Shown: positions 14,581-22,283, counted from the first letter of the stretch. The stretch is DNA of 32,000 bases from Pyrobaculum calidifontis JCM 11548 (GCF_000015805.1 NC_009073.1:930001-962000); one strand, 5' to 3'. The notes: a model not told the origin generated them from the letters alone. Numbers and translations are program-made.

Positions 14581-15693
14581 CTAGAGGTGAATACGGCTGT
14601 GGAGAAATCTGAGGATCGCTAGCGAGGTTGTTGAGGAGAGTAGGGCCATGGCCACTATGTAGGTCTCTTGACCTACGTCGAGCCAGTATCCGTACAAGAC
14701 TCCACCGAGCATGAGCCCCAGCCCCCACAGCGAGTTTACGACTCCCAGCGACGTAGCGCCGCCGAGCTTGGAGGCATATGCCTTAGCCACTATGTCGGCG
14801 TAGGCTGTTAGAGAGGCGTAGAGCACTGCGCCCACGAAGTAGTAGGCGCCGCCTTGGATAAAGCAGAGGGCTAGTAGCGCCGCCAGAAGCGGCCCGGCGT
14901 AGACCATGCGGCTGGAGCGGTCGTAGAGGTGCCCCAGCGCCACTGAGAGCGGGATCTCTGCCACCATGGCCACTAAGTAGAGGAGAGAGGCGACCCAGGC
15001 CACGTCGGCGGTCTTGTACATGAAGAGCGATATGTGGACCAGCGAGAGGCCTAGGAAGAATTGCGCGGCTCCAAATGCCAACGCGTTGGCCAACTCCCCC
15101 CGCGTCGGGGCTCTCCTAGACGGCTTCACGTTGCCCACCTTATACGCCAGGTACAACATTGCCAGGGCGGCGACGCCTGGTATTAGGACTGCGGCGAAGA
15201 CGTCCCTAGGCGTGTGGCCGAGGTAGAGCAATGTGGTTGCGGTGACCGCGCCGGCCACTGCGCCTATTTGGTCGAGCGCGGCGTGTATCCCAAACGCCTT
15301 CCCCCTCGCCCCTTTGCCTCCGGCGGACGCGATAATAACATCGCGGGCGGGGGTCCTAAGCGCCTTGCTGAACCGCTCTAGGAAAATAAGCGCGGCTACG
15401 TGCCACACATCTCTGGCGAATACTAGCCCTGCCACTGCTCCCACTTGTAGCCCATAGCCTAGGAAAGTCTCGAGCCAGTAGCCGCCTCTCTTGTCGGCGA
15501 GAGGGCCTGTTACAAACCGCGCCGCATATCCCAACGCATCGCCCAGCCCAAACACAAAGCCGACGAAGGCGGCCGAGGCGCCGAGGTATGCCAAATACTG
15601 CGGCGCCGCGGCGCGCATACCCTCGTAAAGCCAGTCTGCAAAAAGGGACACTAGGCCCAGGAGCAATATGAGGCGGATGTTAAGTCCCTCCAC
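14581..15693 (-). CDS. MFS transporter
   Basis: 370 aa, about 10-12 predicted hydrophobic helices. It has a GPLADKRGG loop between TM2 and TM3 (MFS motif A-like). The GTG start overlaps the upstream MFS gene by 14 nt. Confidence 0.8.
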   Translation of the reverse strand: MEGLNIRLILLLGLVSLFADWLYEGMRAAAPQYLAYLGASAAFVGFVFGLGDALGYAARFVTGPLADKRGGYWLETFLGYGLQVGAVAGLVFARDVWHVAALIFLERFSKALRTPARDVIIASAGGKGARGKAFGIHAALDQIGAVAGAVTATTLLYLGHTPRDVFAAVLIPGVAALAMLYLAYKVGNVKPSRRAPTRGELANALAFGAAQFFLGLSLVHISLFMYKTADVAWVASLLYLVAMVAEIPLSVALGHLYDRSSRMVYAGPLLAALLALCFIQGGAYYFVGAVLYASLTAYADIVAKAYASKLGGATSLGVVNSLWGLGLMLGGVLYGYWLDVGQETYIVAMALLSSTTSLAILRFLHSRIHL

Positions 15694-17101
15694 CCCTTCC
15701 CAAAACTTCTTTGGATAAAAGTATTGGTACTAGCGTGATTAAAAACATGGCGGTGGCTATGTCGATGTTTATTACGTATGCGTCTTTAGAGGGCACAGAA
15801 AAGTACATGGGCCCCATGGGCGTGTTAAACGCTATATACGTGCTGTAGTTTGTCAAAACGCTTCCAGCCACGGAGGGGGCGATGGCGGAGCCGAAGTTTC
15901 TGAAGACTGTGTTGAGCCCCGTGGCTGAGCCCAGCCTGTGTCTGGGCACTGAGAATGTGAGCAGGTTTATCAGTGAGACGTTTAAGAGAGCTAGGCCCGT
16001 AAACGCGATTGTCAAGTATCCTATGAGTGTCCACACTCCGCTGTATAAGTGGCTGACCGCCAGTTGGTAGCCCACCACTGCGAAGACTACGCCGGCTACT
16101 GCCACGGCCTTTGCGCCAAGTCTCCACACAAGTCTCCCCGAGAGCGGCGCCACGACTATCTGTACGGCGGCTATTGGAAGCATGTAGAGCCCTGTCTGCA
16201 ACACCGTGAGTCCGTACCCGTATGGAGGAGGCATTTGGAAGAGGTACGTCAAGTTTTGAGAGTTCATTTGAAAGGCGTAGGCCACTATCATAATTGCAAT
16301 AGTACTGGCCACGACGTTCCTATTCAATATGTCCCTCGGGAGAAACGGCTCGTCTGCGGTCAACTGGCGCAGGGTAAAAACGGCCCACGCAACTACGGAA
16401 AGTAGAAACAGTGTAATAACTCTGGGGGAGGTCCACCCCCAGTCTGGGCCCTTGGAGATGGCCAGAAGCATTGAAGCTGCGGCAGTTCCAAAGAGGGAGA
16501 TCCCCAGGTAGTCTATTTTCCTCGGAGTTTTGTACGCGCCTTCTCTTACGTAGATCCAGATTACCATTGCCAAAAACACGGCCAAGGGCGTCGCCGTGTG
16601 GTATGTAGCTCTCCAGCCGAAGTTCTGCGCAATGTATGCCCCGGTCGGCAGCGCTATTATAATGCCTGCGCCAAACATGGCGCTTATGACGCCTTGGGCG
16701 GTGGGGACAAGTTGCGGAGGGAACTGCTCTCTTATGAGGGAAAAGGCCAGTGGGAACATGGCCATGCCCAAGCCTTGTACTGCCCTAGCCACTAGGAGAG
16801 TTTCAAACGTGGGGGCGTAGCCTGTGAACGTTACCGCGGCGGCGTACAGCGAAATTATGATGGACAAAATCTTCTTCTTGCCGTAGATGTCTCCCAAGCT
16901 TCCGAAGAGCGCCGCGCTTATGGTGCCCACTATGAGGTATATGGTTAAGACCCAGGAGACGTCTGCGGGAGTTACGTTGAACTCCGACTGTATCTTCGGC
17001 AGACTCGGCATTAGCATCGCCTCTGTGTACATCACGAGTAGAGCCACCGATCCCAAAATTGGCGTTACTCTCCACGCGTATTTTACGTCGTAGTTATCCA
17101 C
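15680..17101 (-). CDS. MFS transporter, DHA2 (14-TMS, EmrB/QacA-like) type
   Basis: 473 aa. SWVLTIYLIVGTISAALFGSLGDIYGKKK and LVARAVQGLGMAMFPLAFSLI are typical DHA2 motifs. The GTG start overlaps the upstream surface-protein gene by 8 nt. Confidence 0.85.
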   Translation of the reverse strand: MDNYDVKYAWRVTPILGSVALLVMYTEAMLMPSLPKIQSEFNVTPADVSWVLTIYLIVGTISAALFGSLGDIYGKKKILSIIISLYAAAVTFTGYAPTFETLLVARAVQGLGMAMFPLAFSLIREQFPPQLVPTAQGVISAMFGAGIIIALPTGAYIAQNFGWRATYHTATPLAVFLAMVIWIYVREGAYKTPRKIDYLGISLFGTAAASMLLAISKGPDWGWTSPRVITLFLLSVVAWAVFTLRQLTADEPFLPRDILNRNVVASTIAIMIVAYAFQMNSQNLTYLFQMPPPYGYGLTVLQTGLYMLPIAAVQIVVAPLSGRLVWRLGAKAVAVAGVVFAVVGYQLAVSHLYSGVWTLIGYLTIAFTGLALLNVSLINLLTFSVPRHRLGSATGLNTVFRNFGSAIAPSVAGSVLTNYSTYIAFNTPMGPMYFSVPSKDAYVINIDIATAMFLITLVPILLSKEVLGRGGGT

Positions 17102-19460
17102 GGCGCCTCCTCCTCAGAGCCATGGCGACTCCGACTAGGATTAAAACGACGGTGAGGGCTGCTGGCACTACTACGAAGAGGTCGAGGCCGCCTCTGACCT
17201 CCACTGGCACAGTGATGTACTGAACCGCGGGGCCAAACGCGTTGGTCTGATTCCACGTCACTACGAAGGTTATGTAGTACCTCCCCGGCGCCGCTTTGTC
17301 AGACACGTCGAGCAAAAACGCTGTGGAGGCAGAGGAGCCGGGTTCCAAGTCGCCGATGACTCTCGAAGTGGCGGTGGCAACGTCAGCTATGTTGGAGGCG
17401 TGGGGCTCAAACACTTGGGAGGGCGTCATGAGGAGTCTCACGTTCTTAGCCTCGTAGGGCCCCACGTTGGTTAAGTTGAGCAGGAGAGTGGCCGTGGACC
17501 CCGGTTGGGCGTTTAATACCGCGTACTCAACCTTAAACGTAGACTTTTCCACTACCTCAAAGCTCCCGCTCCCGCGGGCCTCGCCGCCGTTCCACTTGAC
17601 GTCGACAACGGCGCTGTAGAGGCCGGGCTGTAGCTTTGAGGCGTCGAGGAGGAAGGTGAGCGTGGTGGGGGATCCCGGCGGCAGGTAGTCGATTCTAAAC
17701 TCCCGCGGCCCCACCGTGCCGTTTAACAGTTGTACAACCACGCCCCTGGCGGCCACAGGCCCAGTGTTTATCAACTGCACGGCCACTTGGACAACGGGCA
17801 TGCCCTTTAAAACCCTCGGCGGCGTTGCCAAGACGTTTTGCACAGCCACAGACGGCGCGCCAACGGTTAAGTAAAAGGTGTAGTTGGCGTCGCCCACGGC
17901 CACGGACACCGGGTACTCTCCCGGCTGTGCATCCTCTGGGATTTGAAAGACGCATGGGATAGTAAACGGCTGGCCCTGAGGTAGCACTGGCACATTAACC
18001 TCTGCGTTGCAGAGGGGCTTAAGCGGAGTCGAAATTCGGATGGTCAAGTTAGACGCAGTAAACGGCGAGACAACCGTCGCCGTCCCAGTAACTAGCCCGC
18101 CGGGGTAGGAGATCGGCGGGTTGAACGCCATAGACACAGTAAATTCCTGCGGCTTAACCTCGTAGTAGAAGGTGTAGTTGGCATTCCCCACCCTTATAGC
18201 GACTGGGTAAAGCCCCGGCCTTGTGGAAGGCGGTATTTCAAACGCCGCAGTTATAGTGGCGGGGCTTTGCGGAGTGAGGAATGGGATCCGCGTGGGAGTA
18301 AGCGAGATGAGCTTAAAGGGCGCATGCACCTCTACGATCACGTCGGAGGCAGTGTAGTTAGAGGCGGCGATAAAGGTGGCTTGCACAATAGAGTCAGGGT
18401 ACCCCCTCGGCGGGTTGAACACTGCGTTGACTACTATCTTGGGAGTTGGCACGTACACTGAGACGAGTCTCGTAATACATGTGCCAGAGTAGAGGCAGAT
18501 CTCCACAGGCAGGGGGACGTTGCCATACCTGTAAAACACCACTTGTACAGGCAATTGCAGTTGCGTGAGCATGGGCGCCACGGCGAACCCCCCGGAAAGC
18601 ACTCTTACTCCCTCCCCGTCGACCACTCTCACCGTCACGTTCTGAAGAACGCCAGCGCTCCCCGGCGTCACGTATAGGGTCAACACAGTGGGCGTGCCAG
18701 CCACAGGCGGCTGGGCCGGGGTTGCTACGATATTTACATCGGGGGCGCTGACCACGGGGAGTTGAACGACTTTTTTAACGCTTACAGAGCCCGCGTATCC
18801 AGACAGACTCCTCAACTGTGCTGACAGCGTAACGTCGTAAAAGCCGGGCCTGGCACCGCCAGCCACTTTAAACACTATAAAACACGTGGCATTTCCCCTC
18901 GGCGCCACAGTGACATCGCAGGCGGTTGAGCGGTTTAGGTAGTTCTCTACCACGCCCCCCGTCGCGTTGATGTTCACCTTCAAGAAGTCCAAGGTGGGGT
19001 TTATCACAAGCACCGGGAGTTGCGCAGGTTGCCCAGCCACATAGCTACTGGGAACCGCCACGATTAGCGAGGAGAAGTCGAAAGGTAGCACTTCAAAGTC
19101 CACGGAGGCCTCGGCGGACGTGAACAGAGTATACGCCGTGACCTTCACCCTGTAGCTTCCCGGCTTGGCGTCTAGGGGGACTTGCACAACCGCCGTGAGA
19201 GTGGTGGGCGTGTTAGCCGCCAACTTGGGGATCTGCATCGTCGTCCCCGTGAGGACCTTGAAGGGGGAATCCACGTCGACGTAGACATAGGTGAGGCTCT
19301 GCGGCGAAAACACTGTGATGTACAGCTGGAGCACAGAGCCGGGGTAGACATAGGGCGGGGAGTACGACACGGACACGCTAATAGGGGCTTGAGGCGCCGA
19401 CTGCGCAAACACGAGGGCCGCCAGCGCCACGAGCGGAAGGACCCGATATATCGAAGACAT
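17094..19460 (-). CDS. Large secreted/anchored surface protein built of tandem beta-sandwich modules (CARDB/NEW3, COG1470-like)
   Basis: 788 aa. It starts with a signal peptide (MSSIYRVLPLVALAALVFAQSA). At least 6 modules of ~95-100 aa follow, with a recurring ...NPP..YPG...(A/T)(K/R/Q)PG.Y.V.V... signature. The C-terminus is a TM helix plus RRRRRG. The family assignment is from pattern only. Confidence 0.75.
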   Translation of the reverse strand: MSSIYRVLPLVALAALVFAQSAPQAPISVSVSYSPPYVYPGSVLQLYITVFSPQSLTYVYVDVDSPFKVLTGTTMQIPKLAANTPTTLTAVVQVPLDAKPGSYRVKVTAYTLFTSAEASVDFEVLPFDFSSLIVAVPSSYVAGQPAQLPVLVINPTLDFLKVNINATGGVVENYLNRSTACDVTVAPRGNATCFIVFKVAGGARPGFYDVTLSAQLRSLSGYAGSVSVKKVVQLPVVSAPDVNIVATPAQPPVAGTPTVLTLYVTPGSAGVLQNVTVRVVDGEGVRVLSGGFAVAPMLTQLQLPVQVVFYRYGNVPLPVEICLYSGTCITRLVSVYVPTPKIVVNAVFNPPRGYPDSIVQATFIAASNYTASDVIVEVHAPFKLISLTPTRIPFLTPQSPATITAAFEIPPSTRPGLYPVAIRVGNANYTFYYEVKPQEFTVSMAFNPPISYPGGLVTGTATVVSPFTASNLTIRISTPLKPLCNAEVNVPVLPQGQPFTIPCVFQIPEDAQPGEYPVSVAVGDANYTFYLTVGAPSVAVQNVLATPPRVLKGMPVVQVAVQLINTGPVAARGVVVQLLNGTVGPREFRIDYLPPGSPTTLTFLLDASKLQPGLYSAVVDVKWNGGEARGSGSFEVVEKSTFKVEYAVLNAQPGSTATLLLNLTNVGPYEAKNVRLLMTPSQVFEPHASNIADVATATSRVIGDLEPGSSASTAFLLDVSDKAAPGRYYITFVVTWNQTNAFGPAVQYITVPVEVRGGLDLFVVVPAALTVVLILVGVAMALRRRRRG

Positions 19461-19474
19461 AAGAGGCGCGGTGA

Positions 19475-19555
19475 AGGGGTTATAAATACTTTAAAACGGT
19501 GCGCCAGTGATGAAGACACACCAAGGAGAGAGATGAACGAAGTGGCCAGGGCTGA
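19475..19555 (+). repeat. Direct repeat copy A (TATA block plus C/D sRNA sR-3)
   Basis: It starts with aggggttataa, identical to 20894-20904. A 13-nt unconserved spacer follows. The remaining blocks are conserved with copy B (about 22/26 and 19/23 identities by hand alignment). Confidence 0.7.
19507..19555 (+). ncRNA. Candidate C/D box sRNA (sR-3) with its own promoter
   Basis: C box GTGATGA at 19507-19513, then a 12-nt spacer agacacaccaag. D' GAGA at 19526-19529, then the 3-nt loop gag. C' ATGAacg at 19533-19539, then a 12-nt spacer aagtggccaggg. D box CTGA at 19552-19555. The TATA ttataaa (19480-19486) lies ~22 nt upstream of the C box. Confidence 0.55.
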
Positions 19556-19625
19556 TGAGCAAGAGCGTTGTCTACCTGTCGCGCCTCACTAATAGGCTAA
19601 GAGGCACGACAAAAAGTTGCAATCG

Positions 19626-20831
19626 TCACTCATATTTCAGTGCCTCTACTAGCCTTATTCTGCTTGCCCGTATTGCCGGCGCCAAGGCGCCAATGAGGTT
19701 GACAGCAACTACCACCATGACGGCTGCGGCTACTGCGGTCGGGTCGATTATCAGCCTCGTGCCTGGTGGGAGAAATGACATATCGGGCCCAGCGTTAAAT
19801 AACGTAGACAGGTCTATGTCGGACAGCGGCACGAGGAGTACAGAGCCAATGGCCACGCCTATTGCGGCTATTATGAACGCCTCGCCGAGGAACATGAGGG
19901 TTATGTGCCTCCTCTTGAACCCCACAGCCCTCATAATGCCGATCTCCCTAGTCCTCTGCAAGACGCTTATGCTCATGGTGTCGTACAGCCAAAGCGCTGT
20001 GATAACAGTGCTGACCCCAGCCACTAGGCCGAGAAACGCTTGAAAACCTGTCAAAAAGGCGTTGATCGACTTGAGTATAACCTGGGGCGATAGGATCTCG
20101 GCGGTCGGAAACCTGGCCCTCACCTCGCTGATAATGTCATCAACAAGGGAGGAGTCCCTAGCAACCACCACCAACACGTTGTACTTCTCAAAGCCTGTGA
20201 GCCGTCGATACTCGCTTAAGTCAATAACCACCCCAGTGGCAGTGCTGAAGAAGCCTATGCTCCCCACGGCCAGCACCCCAGCCACCACCAGGCTCACAGC
20301 CTTCTTCTCTAAGTCGAGCGAAATAATGGAGCCGGGGCCCACCCTCTGCTCACCTGTGGATCTGTCGTATGCGATATAGTACCCCGCCAAGGCGAAGCCC
20401 TGTCCCACAAAGAGCTGACCGTCGTGTAGCGCCGCTTGCGGTATAACCCGGGGGACATCTGCCGGGTTTATGGCGTACACGTTCGCCGCAATGAACTCCC
20501 CACTGCCGGGCACTCTGACACGGCCCCTGTACGCCACCATGGGGACCACCGCCTCTACCCCCTCTATGGAGGACAAGGACGCCACGTCTGCGTCGGTGAA
20601 AAGCGAGCCGACTAACATGACTATGTTGAGGCCAAAGTTTTTCTCAAAAAACTCAGCCACGGCCTCCTTCATCGTTTGCGTCAACAGAAGCGAAAAGCTA
20701 AGCGCAGTAAACGCAATGACGACGCCCACGATGGCCCCTATAGTCCTCCCCCTACGCTCCCACAAAGCCTTCCATGACAGCCGCAACAGTTCAAAAAGCA
20801 TAAACAACACTTTGTAATCACTTAAATTCAT
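19626..20831 (-). CDS. ABC transporter permease, FtsX/MacB type (no adjacent ATPase gene)
   Basis: 401 aa. It begins with an N-terminal TM helix (LRLSWKALWERRGRTIGAIVGVVIAF), followed by a large extracytoplasmic domain. The C-terminal FtsX domain carries LQRTREIGIMRAVGFKRRHITLMFLGEAFIIAAIG. The true start may be ATG 20801 (MLFELLRLSW). Confidence 0.8.
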   Translation of the reverse strand: MNLSDYKVLFMLFELLRLSWKALWERRGRTIGAIVGVVIAFTALSFSLLLTQTMKEAVAEFFEKNFGLNIVMLVGSLFTDADVASLSSIEGVEAVVPMVAYRGRVRVPGSGEFIAANVYAINPADVPRVIPQAALHDGQLFVGQGFALAGYYIAYDRSTGEQRVGPGSIISLDLEKKAVSLVVAGVLAVGSIGFFSTATGVVIDLSEYRRLTGFEKYNVLVVVARDSSLVDDIISEVRARFPTAEILSPQVILKSINAFLTGFQAFLGLVAGVSTVITALWLYDTMSISVLQRTREIGIMRAVGFKRRHITLMFLGEAFIIAAIGVAIGSVLLVPLSDIDLSTLFNAGPDMSFLPPGTRLIIDPTAVAAAVMVVVAVNLIGALAPAIRASRIRLVEALKYE

Positions 20832-20893
20832 TTCTATAACTGATTCTGTGCCGGGTCTAGACGATCTAGGTCATTAAGACAGCGCTGGGAGCG

Positions 20894-20966
20894 AGGGGTT
20901 ATAATAGTCGCATTGTTGTGCCAGCGATGAAAACACACCGACGAGAGGAGTAGCCAGGGCTGGCGA
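20894..20966 (+). repeat. Direct repeat copy B (degenerate copy of the TATA plus sR-3 segment)
   Basis: aggggttataa, a 13-nt spacer, gtgccagCGATGAaaacacaccgacgaga... then ...gtagccagggCTGG. Relative to copy A it lacks ~9 nt including the C' box. The D box is CTGG and the C box is GCGATGA. Confidence 0.6.
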
Positions 20967-20970
20967 GACA

Positions 20971-20981
20971 AAACTTAAAAA
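20971..20981 (+). promoter_or_regulatory. TATA-like box of tRNA-Ser
   Basis: aaacttaaaaa is centred ~25 nt upstream of tRNA position 1 (21001). Confidence 0.5.
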
Positions 20982-21000
20982 CACTCGCACAGATAGAGGC

Positions 21001-21098
21001 GCCGGGGTGGCCGAGCGGCCCAAGGCGCGGGACTGGAGATGTATACGAGATATCCCGTCCCCGTTCAGGGGGCGTGGGTTCAAATCCCACCCCCGGCG
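21001..21098 (+). tRNA. tRNA-Ser(GGA): tRNA-Ser (anticodon GGA) with a 13-nt intron
   Basis: Acceptor GCCGGGG/CCCCGGC plus discriminator G. D arm GCC-GAGCGGCCCAA-GGC. Anticodon stem CGGGA/TCCCG with loop CT-GGA-GA, interrupted after position 37 by atgtatacgagat (21039-21051). Long variable arm tccccgttcagggggc. T arm GTGGG-TTCAAAT-CCCAC. No CCA is encoded. Confidence 0.9.
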
Positions 21099-21332
21099 TG
21101 TCAAATCCTCTACCCTCGGGTTATGGCCAGGGAAGCGATGATCCTCTGATATCTTTACTTTTGTACCATGCTATGAACTTAGCCAAGGGCCCAGTAGATT
21201 TAGCGTCTGCTGTGCTTTACAAGTCAGTTCTGAGACTTTACATCTGTGTCTCTGCGTGTTTGTGGTCGTCGCAGTTTCGGAATACGTGTCTAGAGCTGAG
21301 TCGTTGCATCTGCTCTGCGATGTGAAGAAGGG

Positions 21333-21554
21333 CTAGGGGATCCAGACCCCCGCCCTTCTTAGGAGTTCTATGAAGTCCTCGAGGGGTAGGCCGGATATTC
21401 TCTGGGCCAGCCTCAAGGCGCCCAGCTCTATGAACAGCATCACGGCGGCCCTCTGCCTTGGGGGTAGCGAGTTTATGAACTCCCAGTCGGCGCTTTCTCT
21501 GCGCATTTTTCTGGCCTCCTCTTCGCGCTCAATGTACCACTGGGGGAGCGTCAT
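21333..21554 (-). CDS. UPF0175-family antitoxin-like protein (second copy, downstream of the PIN gene)
   Basis: 73 aa. It is a paralog of the 22041-22268 product (REEEAR..RRESADWEFINSLPPRQRAA shared). The C-terminal HTH-like segment is LRLAQRISGLPLEDFIELLRRAG. Its ATG overlaps the PIN stop (ATGA). Confidence 0.7.
   Translation of the reverse strand: MTLPQWYIEREEEARKMRRESADWEFINSLPPRQRAAVMLFIELGALRLAQRISGLPLEDFIELLRRAGVWIP
21448..21500. repeat. Near-identical nucleotide block shared by the two antitoxin paralogs (copy 1)
   Basis: gccctctgccttgggggtagcgagtttatgaactcccagtcggcgct is identical over 47 nt to 22159-22205. Extended, the match is 52/53 identities, while the flanks diverge sharply. 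Confidence 0.85.
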
Positions 21555-22051
21555 AGGCCCAACATCTGTAGGTCGCGTCTCGGGAATTTATGCTTTGTCT
21601 CCTCTTCGTATCTGTATATTTCGCTCTTGTCTATGAAGCCCCTTTTCTCAAGCTCTATTAATACCTCCAGCGCCCTCCACACGCGTGCCCTCGCGTAGAG
21701 GAACTGCGCGGCGTATGCCGCACCGTTCTCTGATAAGACCGTGTATCCCCTATCGCCTGCTACTGCTATGCAGTACGCCTCGGGGTAGTCGAGGCGCCTA
21801 ACAGGGTACCTCCCGCTCATCTCCATGAGCCGCAGTGCCTCGTCTCTGTAGTTTGGGAGCTCTGGGAAGAGCGCCATGACGCCTGCCGCAAGCTTTTCTG
21901 CCACCCACATGACGCTCCTTTCAGACCTCAGCTCGCCGAGAACAGGTTCCGGAATCCAGACCACGTCAAATACTTTGAACAGGAGGTCCCGGCGCGAGTA
22001 GCGGGCCCAATCTATTATAAACGACGCATCTGCGATGGCCTCAGTTGACAT
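21551..22051 (-). CDS. PIN-domain protein (DUF3368/COG2405-like toxin)
   Basis: 166 aa. The N-terminus IADASFIIDWARYSRRDLLFKVFDVVWIPEPVLGEL matches the v.DaSpLI.L..i..l.lL..lf..v.iP..V..E pattern of PIN partners of UPF0175 antitoxins. Confidence 0.7.
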   Translation of the reverse strand: MSTEAIADASFIIDWARYSRRDLLFKVFDVVWIPEPVLGELRSERSVMWVAEKLAAGVMALFPELPNYRDEALRLMEMSGRYPVRRLDYPEAYCIAVAGDRGYTVLSENGAAYAAQFLYARARVWRALEVLIELEKRGFIDKSEIYRYEEETKHKFPRRDLQMLGL

Positions 22052-22268
22052 GTGGAATTTTCGCCCTTATCCGCAGTTCGTTGAACTCCTCCATGGACAT
22101 GCCAGCGATTCGAGAGGCCACATATAAGTCCCCGGTCTCTATGTAGTACACAAGCGCCGCCCTCTGCCTTGGGGGTAGCGAGTTTATGAACTCCCAGTCG
22201 GCGCTCTCTCTACGTATCCGCCTCGCCTCCTCCTCCCTTGCCAGAAGCTCCTCCACGTAGTACACCAC
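22041..22268 (-). CDS. UPF0175-family antitoxin
   Basis: 75 aa. The C-terminus GDLYVASRIAGMSMEEFNELRIRAKIP resembles the UPF0175 HTH (iSlgkAAelaGms..eF.ell). Its stop overlaps the PIN start by 11 nt. Confidence 0.7.
   Translation of the reverse strand: MVYYVEELLAREEEARRIRRESADWEFINSLPPRQRAALVYYIETGDLYVASRIAGMSMEEFNELRIRAKIPHVN
22159..22211. repeat. Near-identical nucleotide block shared by the two antitoxin paralogs (copy 2)
   Basis: See copy 1. The offset is 711 nt in the same orientation. Confidence 0.85.
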
Positions 22269-22274
22269 GTCAAG

Positions 22275-22283
22275 TTTTATAAA
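22275..22283 (+). promoter_or_regulatory. TATA box of the SRP RNA gene
   Basis: ttttataaa is centred ~22-26 nt upstream of the first G-rich nucleotides of the RNA (22301). Confidence 0.55.

Noticed and set aside
19552-19625. CTGATGA at the 3' end of sR-3 could be read as the C box of a second, tandem C/D sRNA.
   Set aside because: Downstream there is no D'/C'/D box set at 12-nt spacing. I treat the motif as the sR-3 D box plus chance flanking bases.
21099-21120. A partial echo of the tRNA-Ser 3' end (tcaaatcc...) as an integrase att site.
   Set aside because: The similarity is only ~8 contiguous bases plus scattered matches. No integrase gene and no second repeat copy is visible in the window, so it is reported only as a weak possibility.
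21074-21325. 83-aa plus-strand ORF starting inside the tRNA gene.
   Set aside because: It begins within the tRNA T arm, has no promoter or family signal, and has Cys/Ser/Leu-rich odd composition.
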